Positions 18,477-28,316 of a stretch of DNA of 58,798 nt are shown one piece after another; the first letter of the stretch is position 1; each line of letters opens with the position of its first letter. The position numbers and the translations under genes were made by a program. Source of the DNA: a virus (lineage: Duplodnaviria > Caudoviricetes); the IMG/VR virus record IMGVR_UViG_3300006854_000006, positions 1 to 58,798 of that record; one strand, given 5' to 3'. Under the pieces are notes generated by a model. It was given only the letters and a program-made list of their open reading frames with translations. It did not search any database and was not told the DNA's origin.

Positions 18477-20390
18477 TCAATTCCCGGTCAGCGTCCGCAT
18501 CTGGAACCAATCCGTGTTGAGCACGTTATTCGATCCCGTCGTCACGCGAATCCAGCCGGCGATGATGTATTTGGCGCCGTTGGGGCCCGTCTCTCCAGGA
18601 AGACTATTGATCACGATATCGCCTTGCGCCCAGGAACCGGCTGCGGGCATCGCCTGCGCGTGAAATATCGCACCAATCGAGCCGTGCGTGTTGCCGGACC
18701 GTATGATTTGAGTGGTTCCCCCGCCACTCAGATTGAGCCCGCCGATGAAGGTCACTTCATCGACAAAGAAGTCACCGGAACCGAGTCCCTGAAAAATGTA
18801 GGTCGCGGCGGACGTCGCATCATCCTTACCCATCGTGCTGTTGCGGATGTAGACATTACCGCTCGTCGACAGGGAGGCATAGGGCAGCGCCGACCCGCCG
18901 TAGGCGACGTTTTTGATGACCGAGTTTTGGATGGTCAGGTTCAGCGTGGATGCCGCCAAATCCACGATGCCATAGCTCGCCCCGCGATTCAGCGTGCAGT
19001 TCGAGACTTTCATCGTGCCGCTCGGTCCATGGAACGCGATCTGGATGCCAAGATCGTCAATCAGGGTCACGTCCTCGACGTCGAGTACGACCGCCCCGGA
19101 GATGTCGAATGTTCCCGTCGTGGCTCCCGCCCACCCCCCGGCTTTGACAATGCCCTTGGAGATCTTGAGGTCGGTACAGCCGTTGATCAAGAACGCCGCC
19201 ATCCGCCCGCTGGTGCGGCTCGCGATGAAGTCGATGAATGTGCTCGTGGTCATCCCGGTCAGGGCCGCGATCCCGCCCGCGGCGGTCGATGTCGACCCGG
19301 CATATTCGAGATAGATCTTCGAGATTTGCCAGTTCGCGCCATTAGTGATCCGGAAAAGATAGTCCACCTCCTGGCTGGACGCATAGAGTCCGGTCACCTG
19401 CATGATGTTCGAGGCGTTCGCGGTGCAGTTGATAAAGGATCCGACATTGCCGGTGAGGTGATTGTCGATGAAGCTGCAGCACGCAATCCCCGCCCCTGCC
19501 AGATCGAAGACGGTCCGAGTATTTTCGATATCGTTATCGACGAAGAAGGAATCGTTCAAGCCGCCATGAAAAAAGCCGGTCGAGCCGGTACCCATGGAGA
19601 TCCAGTTATCCCGGATGATCGTCGAAAAGAGGCACTGACCGCCCTGGACGGCTTCCTCGGCCCAGATCACCCAACCGGTAAACGCGATGGCGCTGGTGAA
19701 GCGGATGCGCTGGATGATCGCGTTGGTGGCGTTATTCGAATTGACGAACATGGCATTCGCGCCGCTGCCGACGTGGATATCGGTGGCAAGCGGGAGCACG
19801 TCTGTATAGACCCGCGAATCACCTTCAAGGATCCAATTCGGGACATTGATCGTCACTGGGGAGCCGATGCCCCACTCGCCTCCGGTCAAGACGATGCGGC
19901 GCGCACCGCTGTTGATCGCCTTCCCGATCGGCGGACCGTTATCCGTATTGCCCGTGCCGTAATCGGCGATACCGCCCCACCATTGCGGATAGACTTTGGC
20001 TTGGCGCGAACCGAGCGTAAAGGCGACGGCGCCCGCTCCCGTAAAGATCGTGGACCGGGGCGCCTCGATGGCCCCCTCCACGGTCAATGTCTTGCCGGAA
20101 TTGATCGAGAGGATCGAGCCTTGATTGAAACGCACGGTCACATGCGCGGGGATCGTGACATCGGTGCTGACGGTGGTCGTGCCCGCGCCGAGCTCGAGCG
20201 TGACCGGGACCGATCCCCCCGAGAAGGGATCACTCGACCAGACCTGCGCATCATAGAGTCCGACCGCGCTGATGACGGCACCGACCGATGGTGCGTCGGC
20301 AATGGCGGTCGCGATTTGCTCGCCAGCGTCAGCGCCGTTGAATTCGTGGGCCTGGGCGATGGCCGTATAGGGTCCCCGATTGATCTTCAT
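18477..20390 (-). CDS. tail spike / right-handed beta-helix (pectate lyase-like) protein
   Basis: YPQWWG.IAD..TDNGPPIGKAI entry motif followed by G/N/S/T/I-rich beta-helix repeats. Confidence 0.8.
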   Translation of the reverse strand: MKINRGPYTAIAQAHEFNGADAGEQIATAIADAPSVGAVISAVGLYDAQVWSSDPFSGGSVPVTLELGAGTTTVSTDVTIPAHVTVRFNQGSILSINSGKTLTVEGAIEAPRSTIFTGAGAVAFTLGSRQAKVYPQWWGGIADYGTGNTDNGPPIGKAINSGARRIVLTGGEWGIGSPVTINVPNWILEGDSRVYTDVLPLATDIHVGSGANAMFVNSNNATNAIIQRIRFTSAIAFTGWVIWAEEAVQGGQCLFSTIIRDNWISMGTGSTGFFHGGLNDSFFVDNDIENTRTVFDLAGAGIACCSFIDNHLTGNVGSFINCTANASNIMQVTGLYASSQEVDYLFRITNGANWQISKIYLEYAGSTSTAAGGIAALTGMTTSTFIDFIASRTSGRMAAFLINGCTDLKISKGIVKAGGWAGATTGTFDISGAVVLDVEDVTLIDDLGIQIAFHGPSGTMKVSNCTLNRGASYGIVDLAASTLNLTIQNSVIKNVAYGGSALPYASLSTSGNVYIRNSTMGKDDATSAATYIFQGLGSGDFFVDEVTFIGGLNLSGGGTTQIIRSGNTHGSIGAIFHAQAMPAAGSWAQGDIVINSLPGETGPNGAKYIIAGWIRVTTGSNNVLNTDWFQMRTLTGN

Positions 20391-20722
20391 GTCAGTTTGA
20401 TATCCGAGTAGGTGGCGTAAATATGGGCATTGACCGCGCCAGCCCGCAGCGCGCGGAAAGCCGCGATATCTTCGGCCGAATCGATCTCGATGGTATCGAC
20501 GGGTTTCACAATATGGCCATTCCGGGTGGTATTGTTCGGCGGACTTCCATCCGCGGTCACTCGGATGTTGGCGATCTCGACCGTGATCAGCGCGTACTTC
20601 GCGGCGCCATAGACGGCCGGGGTCAGGGCAATGCCGCCGACCGTATTATCGATGAGTAGTGATTCTCCAGCGGTCGACTTGAAATTCCGGGCATGAAACG
20701 CCCGGGCCGTGATGTTCGCCAT
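20387..20722 (-). CDS. small beta-rich tail/spike adaptor protein
   Basis: GAGGAG RBS; position between tail tip and spike genes. Confidence 0.6.
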   Translation of the reverse strand: MANITARAFHARNFKSTAGESLLIDNTVGGIALTPAVYGAAKYALITVEIANIRVTADGSPPNNTTRNGHIVKPVDTIEIDSAEDIAAFRALRAGAVNAHIYATYSDIKLT

Positions 20723-20734
20723 TCCGTTAACTCC

Positions 20735-22972
20735 TCAAGCCCATCCGTTATCCCCACCGACCCAGTCGTCCCACAGGATGCCGCCGGCGGAACCGGTGTA
20801 GTTCGATAATCCACCGACCAGCCCAGCGCTCAACGCGTCGTGGTGAATCGGCCCGATGACTAAAGTGTCGTTCAGGAAGATCCGCAGATTGGCTCCGCGG
20901 ACGTCAATGCGTACCTGGTCACCATAAACAAGGGTCACCGGATAGACAGCGAGTTCGGTTCCCGTCGAGGCCGTCGGATCGGTGTTCTCGTAATAGCGCA
21001 ATGTGATTTCGTGAGCGATCGTGTCATAGACGGCCGCATAGCCGGTGAGTTCGACGAGGTAGTCCGGCGGCGCGCTCGCAAAGGTGTAGTTCCCGCGCAC
21101 GGCCGGCCCAGAGAATCCACCGGAGCCGGACACGCCCTTGAACGTGAACTGACTCGACTGGTTCACGCCATAGTTCTGTGTTCGGACGGCGATCCCATGA
21201 CCGCTGCCCGATGGGATGATCTTTGTGCCACCACGGCCAAGGAAGAGCTGATTCGATTCGATCCGGATGCCCTGAAGGTCTTGTGCGTAGGAGATCCAGA
21301 GGCTGGCGGTGCCGAGCAGTGGATCGTCCGACCAGAGCACATTCGCGCGGTTGAAGTCATCCCGAGCCAGATCCGAGAAACTCGTGTGCAGGAGATCGAA
21401 ATCGACGAGCCCTTCCGAAAACCGGATATTCCGGTTCACGACTTCAAAGAGCGCCTCACTGACGCCGCGCGCCTTCGTAAACCGGTTCGGCAGCTTGTCC
21501 GATGTGAGCGTGATAATCGCGCCGGGCTCGATCAGATTGTTCTGGAGCAGCGTGCTCAACTGCACGAGCGGACAGCCGTTTTCGTAGCGGTTCAGGATGG
21601 CGAGCGCCCTGGCTTCGATCAATGTCAGCGTATTGTCGATCGTGCTGTAGAGTCCCTTCGATTCGATGAGGAGGGGTCGTAGACCGAAGCGGTCGATCGA
21701 TGCCTGCCGCGGAAATTCAAACGAGCCTTCGAACTGATTACTGATCGGATTCCAGTCAAATTTGAAGGTCACGTCATTGATCACCTGGCCGAGACTGCCG
21801 TCCCGTCCCACGCTCCAGGTCATCATCATCCGGCTGCCGTCGTGGACAATGGCATCGTGATCAAGGCCCGCAATGGCTTCATCGGCCGACGGGGCATGAA
21901 AGACGACCAGCGAATTCCGCCCGTCGCTTTTATTCACCGGGTAGCACCCGAGGGCCTGGAAGATTTCGCGCTCGGCCCACTCCATCGCGTTTTCCGGCTC
22001 CGTGATCCAGAACTCCATCTGATAAATCGTCCCGATCAACGGAATCGCGGCCGAGATGCCCGCCATGTCGATATAGGTGGGATTCAACCCGCAACCGCTC
22101 TTGTCGGTGTTCTGATAGAGGCCGAGCAGGATGGTCATCGGATGCGCAGGCCCGAGATGGAGGACTTCCCGGACTTCGGCGCCGATGGCATGCGCTGCCG
22201 CCACGGTCCCCGCTTGCGCTCGAGCGAGAATCCCAATATAGCCAATCGACGAATCGATCACGTCGCACCAGAAGATCTCGTCGTCGATTTTGACGTAGAC
22301 GCCGAGGCCTTCAATAAGACCGAGCGTGGGATCGATCGAGAAGGCCGTCTCGAAGCCGGCAGTCAATTCGGCCGTGAGTGTCGAGAGGGCGACATTGAAG
22401 ACTTGCCGGTTCAAGAGCGATTGCGTCGTGTAGATGGTGAATTCATAGCCCGCGAGATCGTCGGTCAATCGGACTTCGGCCACGATGCCGGTGAAGAACA
22501 ACCAGTAGTCCGCCTCGTCAATCTCGTCGAAGCCGGCAAACAGTTGCACGCGGTCGCCGAGCACGCCACCCATGACCATCTCGGTCACGTATTCACTGAC
22601 GTCGGTCAGGATGAACGTCACCGACCCGATAGAGGAATGCCCCTGCTCGGGAAAAACCTGGGATTGCTGGCCGCTGAATTCGGAGGCATACGGTTTGGTG
22701 GTGGCGATTGTCTGGAGATGCGAGAACGCGAACAGGTCCCCCACGACGGAATTGTTGATGTGCGGATAGTCGTCCTCGAGAACGTAGGTTTTCGTTTCAC
22801 TGATTGCGAACGTGTCCGAGACGCTGTCGGTCTCATTGATGGCGTCGATGATGATATTGACCGGCACCGTCGAATACGGCATATCCCACGAGTCGAACTT
22901 GGCCTTGTAAATCGGCGTGCGCTGCAGGTTCGCCTGGCTGGCGATGTAGGGTGCCGGCGCCGGAGTGCTCAT
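20735..22972 (-). CDS. tail tip / baseplate hub protein with C-terminal lectin-like domain
   Basis: Position after TMP and Dit; SIDRFGLRPL and IEPGAIITL motifs typical of tail hub proteins; C-domain starts DDFNRAN. Confidence 0.7.
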   Translation of the reverse strand: MSTPAPAPYIASQANLQRTPIYKAKFDSWDMPYSTVPVNIIIDAINETDSVSDTFAISETKTYVLEDDYPHINNSVVGDLFAFSHLQTIATTKPYASEFSGQQSQVFPEQGHSSIGSVTFILTDVSEYVTEMVMGGVLGDRVQLFAGFDEIDEADYWLFFTGIVAEVRLTDDLAGYEFTIYTTQSLLNRQVFNVALSTLTAELTAGFETAFSIDPTLGLIEGLGVYVKIDDEIFWCDVIDSSIGYIGILARAQAGTVAAAHAIGAEVREVLHLGPAHPMTILLGLYQNTDKSGCGLNPTYIDMAGISAAIPLIGTIYQMEFWITEPENAMEWAEREIFQALGCYPVNKSDGRNSLVVFHAPSADEAIAGLDHDAIVHDGSRMMMTWSVGRDGSLGQVINDVTFKFDWNPISNQFEGSFEFPRQASIDRFGLRPLLIESKGLYSTIDNTLTLIEARALAILNRYENGCPLVQLSTLLQNNLIEPGAIITLTSDKLPNRFTKARGVSEALFEVVNRNIRFSEGLVDFDLLHTSFSDLARDDFNRANVLWSDDPLLGTASLWISYAQDLQGIRIESNQLFLGRGGTKIIPSGSGHGIAVRTQNYGVNQSSQFTFKGVSGSGGFSGPAVRGNYTFASAPPDYLVELTGYAAVYDTIAHEITLRYYENTDPTASTGTELAVYPVTLVYGDQVRIDVRGANLRIFLNDTLVIGPIHHDALSAGLVGGLSNYTGSAGGILWDDWVGGDNGWA

Positions 22973-23151
22973 TTAATGATCTTGGCGAACCACGCCAGTA
23001 CTCGAGCCAGTCGTCTTGCGCTACGACCGGCACGCTTAAAACGAGCAGCGGCACGCTTAGAGGCTTCGACTGAACGCTGAAGCGCATATAGGGATGGAAC
23101 AAGCAATCGCGCCATTTCCCGACCATCAATCTCGCATCGAATGTATTTCAT
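22969..23151 (-). CDS. small basic protein with N-terminus similar to TMP C-terminus
   Basis: GGAGG RBS; 4-nt overlaps both sides; IDGREMARLLVPSLYALQR. Confidence 0.7.
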   Translation of the reverse strand: MKYIRCEIDGREMARLLVPSLYALQRSVEASKRAAARFKRAGRSARRLARVLAWFAKIIK

Positions 23152-23756
23152 AGCGAATTCACATCCTCCGTAAACCCAAACTCGAGATCGAAGAAGAGCG
23201 GCTCGTGCTCCACGATCGGATAGCGGTCCGGCACCAGACGGCCGGGCCAGTAGCGTTCCGATCGGAATCGGGCGCCGGAGGGATAGGCAAAATTGACGGT
23301 CTCGGCGAGGGTCACTTGCCCCGGCGACGGTGAATTGAGCGCCGTGACTTTCACGAGCTCCAGGTGCATGGCGTCACGCAGGACGTACAGATTATTCGCC
23401 ACGATGCCGGTGAGGCTGGTTAAGGAAATGAACGGAGCCCCGGCAGTGATCGCACCGCTTGATGTCGTCAGGACGGAATCCGTGGAATCGATGGCGAACG
23501 TCCACGACTTGCCGAGGGACGCCCAGACGATCCATTGCCGCAACTGGCGCTTGAGCGTCGCATCCGTCGCATCCCGGTTCCTGAAATTCCGGCTGGCCCA
23601 ATCGATGCGCGTGTCCGTCCGGACGAGCAGCGTTTCACACCGGCCCGACGCGGAGCGGTTATTCAGGACCTGCGGCTGATCCTCGATGGAGAGCTTGTAG
23701 GGAATCTTCGAGAGGGTGATCGTCTTGCCGTTGTAAGCGATTGCCGGAAAGCCCAC
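23148..23756 (-). CDS. putative distal tail protein
   Basis: Directly after TMP; size and beta-rich composition. Confidence 0.6.
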   Translation of the reverse strand: MGFPAIAYNGKTITLSKIPYKLSIEDQPQVLNNRSASGRCETLLVRTDTRIDWASRNFRNRDATDATLKRQLRQWIVWASLGKSWTFAIDSTDSVLTTSSGAITAGAPFISLTSLTGIVANNLYVLRDAMHLELVKVTALNSPSPGQVTLAETVNFAYPSGARFRSERYWPGRLVPDRYPIVEHEPLFFDLEFGFTEDVNSL

Positions 23757-25723
23757 TACCGCGCCCCCGCCAGCTGGAATCCCTGATTCCGACTTAATGC
23801 GTACAGGCTCGGGATGACCAGCTTCGCCATCGTTTTCCCATCGATCTGCAGATACACCGTCGTCGGGCCCGAGGGTGTCACGGCCTGGATATTCGCCGCG
23901 GTCCGTCCCAGGTCGGAGCGGATATTCGCAATCAGGGGATTGAGCGTGTCGAATGCCTGCTTGACGACCAACGCTTCGTCCGAGCCGCCCCGCGCGAATT
24001 GCTGTGCCGCCTGCGAAAAATCCGTCCAGGCGCTCTCGACGTCTTTGAGCTTGTTGGCCGCGCTCTCGCTCGAATGCAGGATCCGGTCCAGATCCTGCCC
24101 AAACGGGTCCTGGAACTTCTTCACGAAGGTCGAGGCTTCGTGGTGTGCCTGGGACTTCAGCCAGGCCGTGGTGCCAATGATGCCCGCGGCGGCGGCAATC
24201 GTGAACGGGTTCGTGGCGAAGGCAGCCAAGGATTTCGCGCTGATGCCGCCGAGGATTCCTCCCGCCGCGCCGCTTGTCCCACTGCCGCCGACTCCGCCGC
24301 CGCTTACCGGACCCAATACTAATTTCCCGAGTTTCGCGGCAAACGGATCGAGGAAGCCCTTGATCATCGTCGAGAGGAACGTGTCGGCGAGTGCGGCGAT
24401 GGTGTTCTTGCCTTGATCCTTGAAGGCCTGCCAGAAGCCTTTGCCGTTTGCGATGGAGTTCGTAAACATGCGAGAGATGTCATCGGAGAACTGGTCGATG
24501 ATTTTCAGCCCAGCTTCTCGCTGTTTCTTGAAATTATCGATGATCTGCTTGGCGCGTTCTCGTCCGGCATCTTCGCCCGCCTTTACATCGTCGGGAGTTT
24601 GGTTCCGGAACTTCTGCAGCTGCTCGTCCCAGTACTGGTTGTTCTTGATCAGCTCATCGCCGGCCTGCTGCAGGAGCGCATTCATGTCCTGGTAGTCCTT
24701 GATGATCAGTTTGGCGAGACGGTCGTTTTCGGCCAGTCCGGCTTTGACTTCCTCCCCGCCGGCAAAGGTCCGGTTATTGAATTCCTGTTGGCGTTTGATG
24801 ACTTCGTCGCCGGCCTGCTGTTCGAAGGCCAGCAATTCCTCGAGATCTTTCTTTCGCCGATCGCTCTGGTTTTTCTGGAATTCGGCAGCGGCGGCATCCG
24901 TGCGGACCATCCAGTCGATCATTTCCCGACGGTCTTTGATCTCATCGAGAGCGCCCTGCTTTTGCAGGTCGTTCTTCTTCTTGGTCAGTTCGTTTTGCAG
25001 GACGATTTGGCGATTGATCGCTGCCTGAATTTCTTCGCCGGATCGTTCCGATGGGATGTTGACGACCTCGCCGCCGCCCGTGATGATGTCTGTGCCTTTC
25101 GCTTCTTCCTGGAGAGCGACAATGGTTTTCAGGACCTTGGACAATTCATCATCGACGAGCTTTAGACTATCGGCCGAATCTTTACCGAACGCCTGATTGA
25201 AGGCAAGATCGAGATCGAGAACGGCGAGGCGGGCTTTGTTGTTCGAATCGATCAGATCGTCGTAGGCTTTCCTCGCGGTCTCCGTCCATCCCGTAATCGA
25301 TCCTTTGATTTTCTCGAAAGCTTCGGGCAGCTTCATCACCGCTTCGAGCAGCGCAATCACGCCAACCGTGGTGAATGCAGCCGACAACGCTGGCCCGATC
25401 GCGGACGAATGCGCCAGGAACTGAGTGGCCGCCTGCGGGAGTTGAATCCCGACCATGTTGGCCAGGCCCTGTGCCGCATCTTTCGATTGGTTCAAATTGC
25501 CGGCCGCATGCTTGGCGGACCCGCTCATGTTCTCCAGAGCCACCGCCGCCGCGCGGGCTTCATCGACACTGAGAGAGGGATTTTGCTTCGAGAGCTTATC
25601 GAAACTCTTGTTGAGGTTCTCGGCCTGGACCTTCAGCGCCGCGAGTTGAAGTTCCGCTTTCTTCGTGGGATCAGAAAATTGGTCGGCGGCCTTGAGGAGT
25701 ATCTCAACCGAACGATTGGCCAT
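23756..25723 (-). CDS. tail tape measure protein
   Basis: 655 aa, helical Ala/Gln/Lys-rich, N-terminal VEILLKAADQFS, Gly-rich hydrophobic segment; synteny. Confidence 0.88.
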   Translation of the reverse strand: MANRSVEILLKAADQFSDPTKKAELQLAALKVQAENLNKSFDKLSKQNPSLSVDEARAAAVALENMSGSAKHAAGNLNQSKDAAQGLANMVGIQLPQAATQFLAHSSAIGPALSAAFTTVGVIALLEAVMKLPEAFEKIKGSITGWTETARKAYDDLIDSNNKARLAVLDLDLAFNQAFGKDSADSLKLVDDELSKVLKTIVALQEEAKGTDIITGGGEVVNIPSERSGEEIQAAINRQIVLQNELTKKKNDLQKQGALDEIKDRREMIDWMVRTDAAAAEFQKNQSDRRKKDLEELLAFEQQAGDEVIKRQQEFNNRTFAGGEEVKAGLAENDRLAKLIIKDYQDMNALLQQAGDELIKNNQYWDEQLQKFRNQTPDDVKAGEDAGRERAKQIIDNFKKQREAGLKIIDQFSDDISRMFTNSIANGKGFWQAFKDQGKNTIAALADTFLSTMIKGFLDPFAAKLGKLVLGPVSGGGVGGSGTSGAAGGILGGISAKSLAAFATNPFTIAAAAGIIGTTAWLKSQAHHEASTFVKKFQDPFGQDLDRILHSSESAANKLKDVESAWTDFSQAAQQFARGGSDEALVVKQAFDTLNPLIANIRSDLGRTAANIQAVTPSGPTTVYLQIDGKTMAKLVIPSLYALSRNQGFQLAGAR

Positions 25724-25724
25724 T

Positions 25725-26447
25725 TTAGTTCACCGCCTCAACTATTCCGCAATTAGGCAGAGCACCTAAAGGCATCACGCGCAATAACTCACCGGTGTGG
25801 GGATTCCGCCATTCAGTTCGATAGCGCTTGTTGCTGTTGCAGGAGAAGCACGCAGGCAGGATGTTCTCGATGAAATTGGAGCCGCCGCGCTCAAGGGGTA
25901 TTACATGGTCGACAGTGAGCCGCTTGGAAGGCTTCAGGCAGTAAGCGCAGTGATAATCAAAGATCCAGAGTAGGAGGTTCCATTCTCCAGGCGTGAACAC
26001 TCCAGGACTCCCCGACTTGGTCGCCCGAGTTTTGTGCCCCCACTGCCTTCGCAGCCCATGCGCTTTTTCTCGGTCGTAATATTCCTGAATTTTGGCTTGG
26101 TTACTGGCTCTCCACTTTGCCTGACGTTGTTTAAACCATTCCGGATTTCTGGCTCTCCAAATGGGAGCGTATTCTCCGCTCCGCTTATTTCTGGCCGCAA
26201 TCCTGCACTTCTCGCAGCGTTTCCGCTGTGCATGCCGAAGGACTGGTCCGATGCCGCAGTCAATGCACGCCACAAGTTTCGGCCGTTTCGCTTTTTCCTC
26301 TCGACGCTTGTCGTCATATTTCTGAGTCGCCGCACGATGCGACAACCGCCTGACTTGAGGACGGCATTCCGCGCAATACCGATGGTTCCCTCTGGATCTA
26401 ACGACTTCGAAAGCGCCGCCACATTCCTTACAGAGTTTGTTACTCAT
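25725..26447 (-). CDS. free-standing HNH endonuclease with N-terminal zinc fingers
   Basis: CAYC..LTVDHVIPLERGGSNFIENILPACFSCNSNK. Confidence 0.9.
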   Translation of the reverse strand: MSNKLCKECGGAFEVVRSRGNHRYCAECRPQVRRLSHRAATQKYDDKRREEKAKRPKLVACIDCGIGPVLRHAQRKRCEKCRIAARNKRSGEYAPIWRARNPEWFKQRQAKWRASNQAKIQEYYDREKAHGLRRQWGHKTRATKSGSPGVFTPGEWNLLLWIFDYHCAYCLKPSKRLTVDHVIPLERGGSNFIENILPACFSCNSNKRYRTEWRNPHTGELLRVMPLGALPNCGIVEAVN

Positions 26448-26820
26448 GTTGTTTCTGCTCTAGTGTCTGAAAAAACGTCGTGGTGTAGATATCCGCCAGT
26501 TGCGATTCAATCGCTACGAAGGCTTTGGCGAAATTCCCATGCGCTGCAATCCGACCATCCTTCGTTCCGTACTCCAAGATGTGCGCGACGAAATGCCGGT
26601 CACCGATGATCCGCACCGAGGCCGCGCGCATCTTGTTTTTCTGCCTAAAGAACCGGATGGCCACCTGACTCGCCATCCGGCCGGACTTGACGGGAATGAA
26701 CGGGCGAACACGCGAAGTGGCCTGAGCGGCCGTCACAGTCATCGCCTGGTCGTTGGCCTCAATGATTTCCTTCCGGACGTCATCGAAGGTGAAGTTGGTC
26801 TGAACGGAAATTTGGAACAT
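26440..26820 (-). CDS. HK97 gp10-like tail component
   Basis: IPVKSGRMASQV and AHILEYGT motifs. Confidence 0.8.
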   Translation of the reverse strand: MFQISVQTNFTFDDVRKEIIEANDQAMTVTAAQATSRVRPFIPVKSGRMASQVAIRFFRQKNKMRAASVRIIGDRHFVAHILEYGTKDGRIAAHGNFAKAFVAIESQLADIYTTTFFQTLEQKQHE

Positions 26821-26852
26821 GAATCTATGTCGACATGCTAGAGTCGGCCGTG

Positions 26853-27200
26853 ATGAAACGGGCAGGACTCGCCGTAGGACTGATCGGCCTCTTTATTGTT
26901 GCGGTCTGGTGGATCATCCCCAACTGGCAACACCAACGCCGCGAAGAACGGGCCAGGAAAATCCTCGAGACGCTGACACCAGAAACCGCCATTAGTCGGT
27001 GTGGGAATCCCGAGTCGGATACCGTCGACAGGACTGATGAGCTCACGATCCGGCAGATGACCTACGGTTTAGTGACCTTAAACTTCGTCACATTGAAGGG
27101 CGACACTCCATCGAATCCAGGGTTCCGATCTCGCTCGCTCGACGATGCGGCGACTAATACCGATCGACTGTACAGTCTGCCCTGTCTGGTTCCCAAATAA
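26853..27200 (+). CDS. moron-like membrane-anchored protein, antisense to tail operon
   Basis: N-terminal TM helix; TGcTAGAGT extended -10 at 26836-26844 just upstream, suggesting a leaderless mRNA. Confidence 0.7.
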   Translation: MKRAGLAVGLIGLFIVAVWWIIPNWQHQRREERARKILETLTPETAISRCGNPESDTVDRTDELTIRQMTYGLVTLNFVTLKGDTPSNPGFRSRSLDDAATNTDRLYSLPCLVPK

Positions 27201-27204
27201 GCCA

Positions 27205-27866
27205 TCAGTTCGGCTCCCCTGCCTTCTGTGCCGCCTGGAGGGCGAGAAGGATTTGCAGCTGCTCCTCTGGCGTCTGCTGGCGTGCCGGCTCCTCGTAGAA
27301 CTGCGGCATGAACATCTCCAAGGGATACGGTTTCTGCTTGGGGTCGCGATGGATGTCCGCGAGGGTCTTTTGAATCATGCCGGCCTGGATGTCGCCGCGC
27401 CGATCGCCAAAGGGTTCAATGCTGTCGTAGAGCATGAACGCATAGAAATCGGACATCGGCATCTCGTCAATTTCGTGGGGAAACTTGCCGAGATATCCCG
27501 CTAGGCGGAAGCGGAATCGGACATCCGGCCGGCTTCGGATTTTTTTTCGAGCTGCTCCGCCGATGCGGCATCGGTTCCGTGCAGTTGCACAAAAGCGTCG
27601 GTGATCCGCTGCGCCGCAGGATACGGAAACTCCAGCAGGGCAGCCCCATCCGGGAAGACCGGTTGGCCGTCCTCATCAATGATCGAGAGGGCCAGCAATG
27701 TCCGCAGTCGATCGGCCGGGTTCTGGGATTCCGGCGCGTCGCGGAATTGTCCGGCCGTCAGCTCCCGTAAGGTGACGCTGAGTTCCATCTCCGGCAGATC
27801 GACCGTCACTGTTCGAAGCTTCGACCGGAGATCGGTGCCGCGTTGCAATCGGGGATAGGTACTCAT
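27205..27866 (-). CDS. tail assembly chaperones gpG (27501-27866) and gpGT via -1 frameshift
   Basis: Slippery GAAAAAAAA at 27540-27548; the -1 frame is open into RFRFRLAGYLG...IEPFGDRRGDIQAG. Confidence 0.88.
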
Positions 27867-27868
27867 GA

Positions 27869-28297
27869 TTAAACCGGTCCCGTGATCGCACCCGTCAGCT
27901 TCAGGGTGAACGAGGCGTGCACAACTTCGTTCGGCGCGATCGGCCCGGCACGCCAGCCCTTGACAATGCCGGAGAACGAGAAGGTCAAGCTCCCGCCGCC
28001 GGAAGGCAGTGTCAGCTTGAAGTTCTTTGCCGTTCCGGCCACCGTGGCGGCGATCAGTGCGGCATGCGTGGTATCGGTCGGCTTGTAGTTCACGACGACC
28101 GGCACTTCAATCCCGTCCGGCAAACCGCCGATGTATTCCTTGGCGGTCGATTGCAGGTGCGTCGCTTCGATGAGATCGTTGTCCTGCCCGAGCTCGCCGA
28201 AGGACACGACTTCATAAACAGTCGAGAAGACTTCCGGCGATGCGCCATCGCCGATTTTGAATTGGGACAGGCTCCCCTTGAATGCAGTCGTGGTCAT
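27869..28297 (-). CDS. major tail (tube) protein
   Basis: AGGAGGAG RBS; IGDGASPEVF..IEATHLQS..KEYIGGLPDG..FSGIV..LKLTG. Confidence 0.9.
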   Translation of the reverse strand: MTTTAFKGSLSQFKIGDGASPEVFSTVYEVVSFGELGQDNDLIEATHLQSTAKEYIGGLPDGIEVPVVVNYKPTDTTHAALIAATVAGTAKNFKLTLPSGGGSLTFSFSGIVKGWRAGPIAPNEVVHASFTLKLTGAITGPV

Positions 28298-28316
28298 GGA
28301 CTCCTCCTAAAATCGG

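Noticed and set aside
18477-22972. Diversity-generating retroelement targeting tail genes
   Set aside because: No reverse transcriptase and no template/variable repeat pair seen.
25725-26447. Group I intron around the HNH genes
   Set aside because: Flanking genes look intact and abut the HNH ORFs; no room for, or sign of, an intron core.
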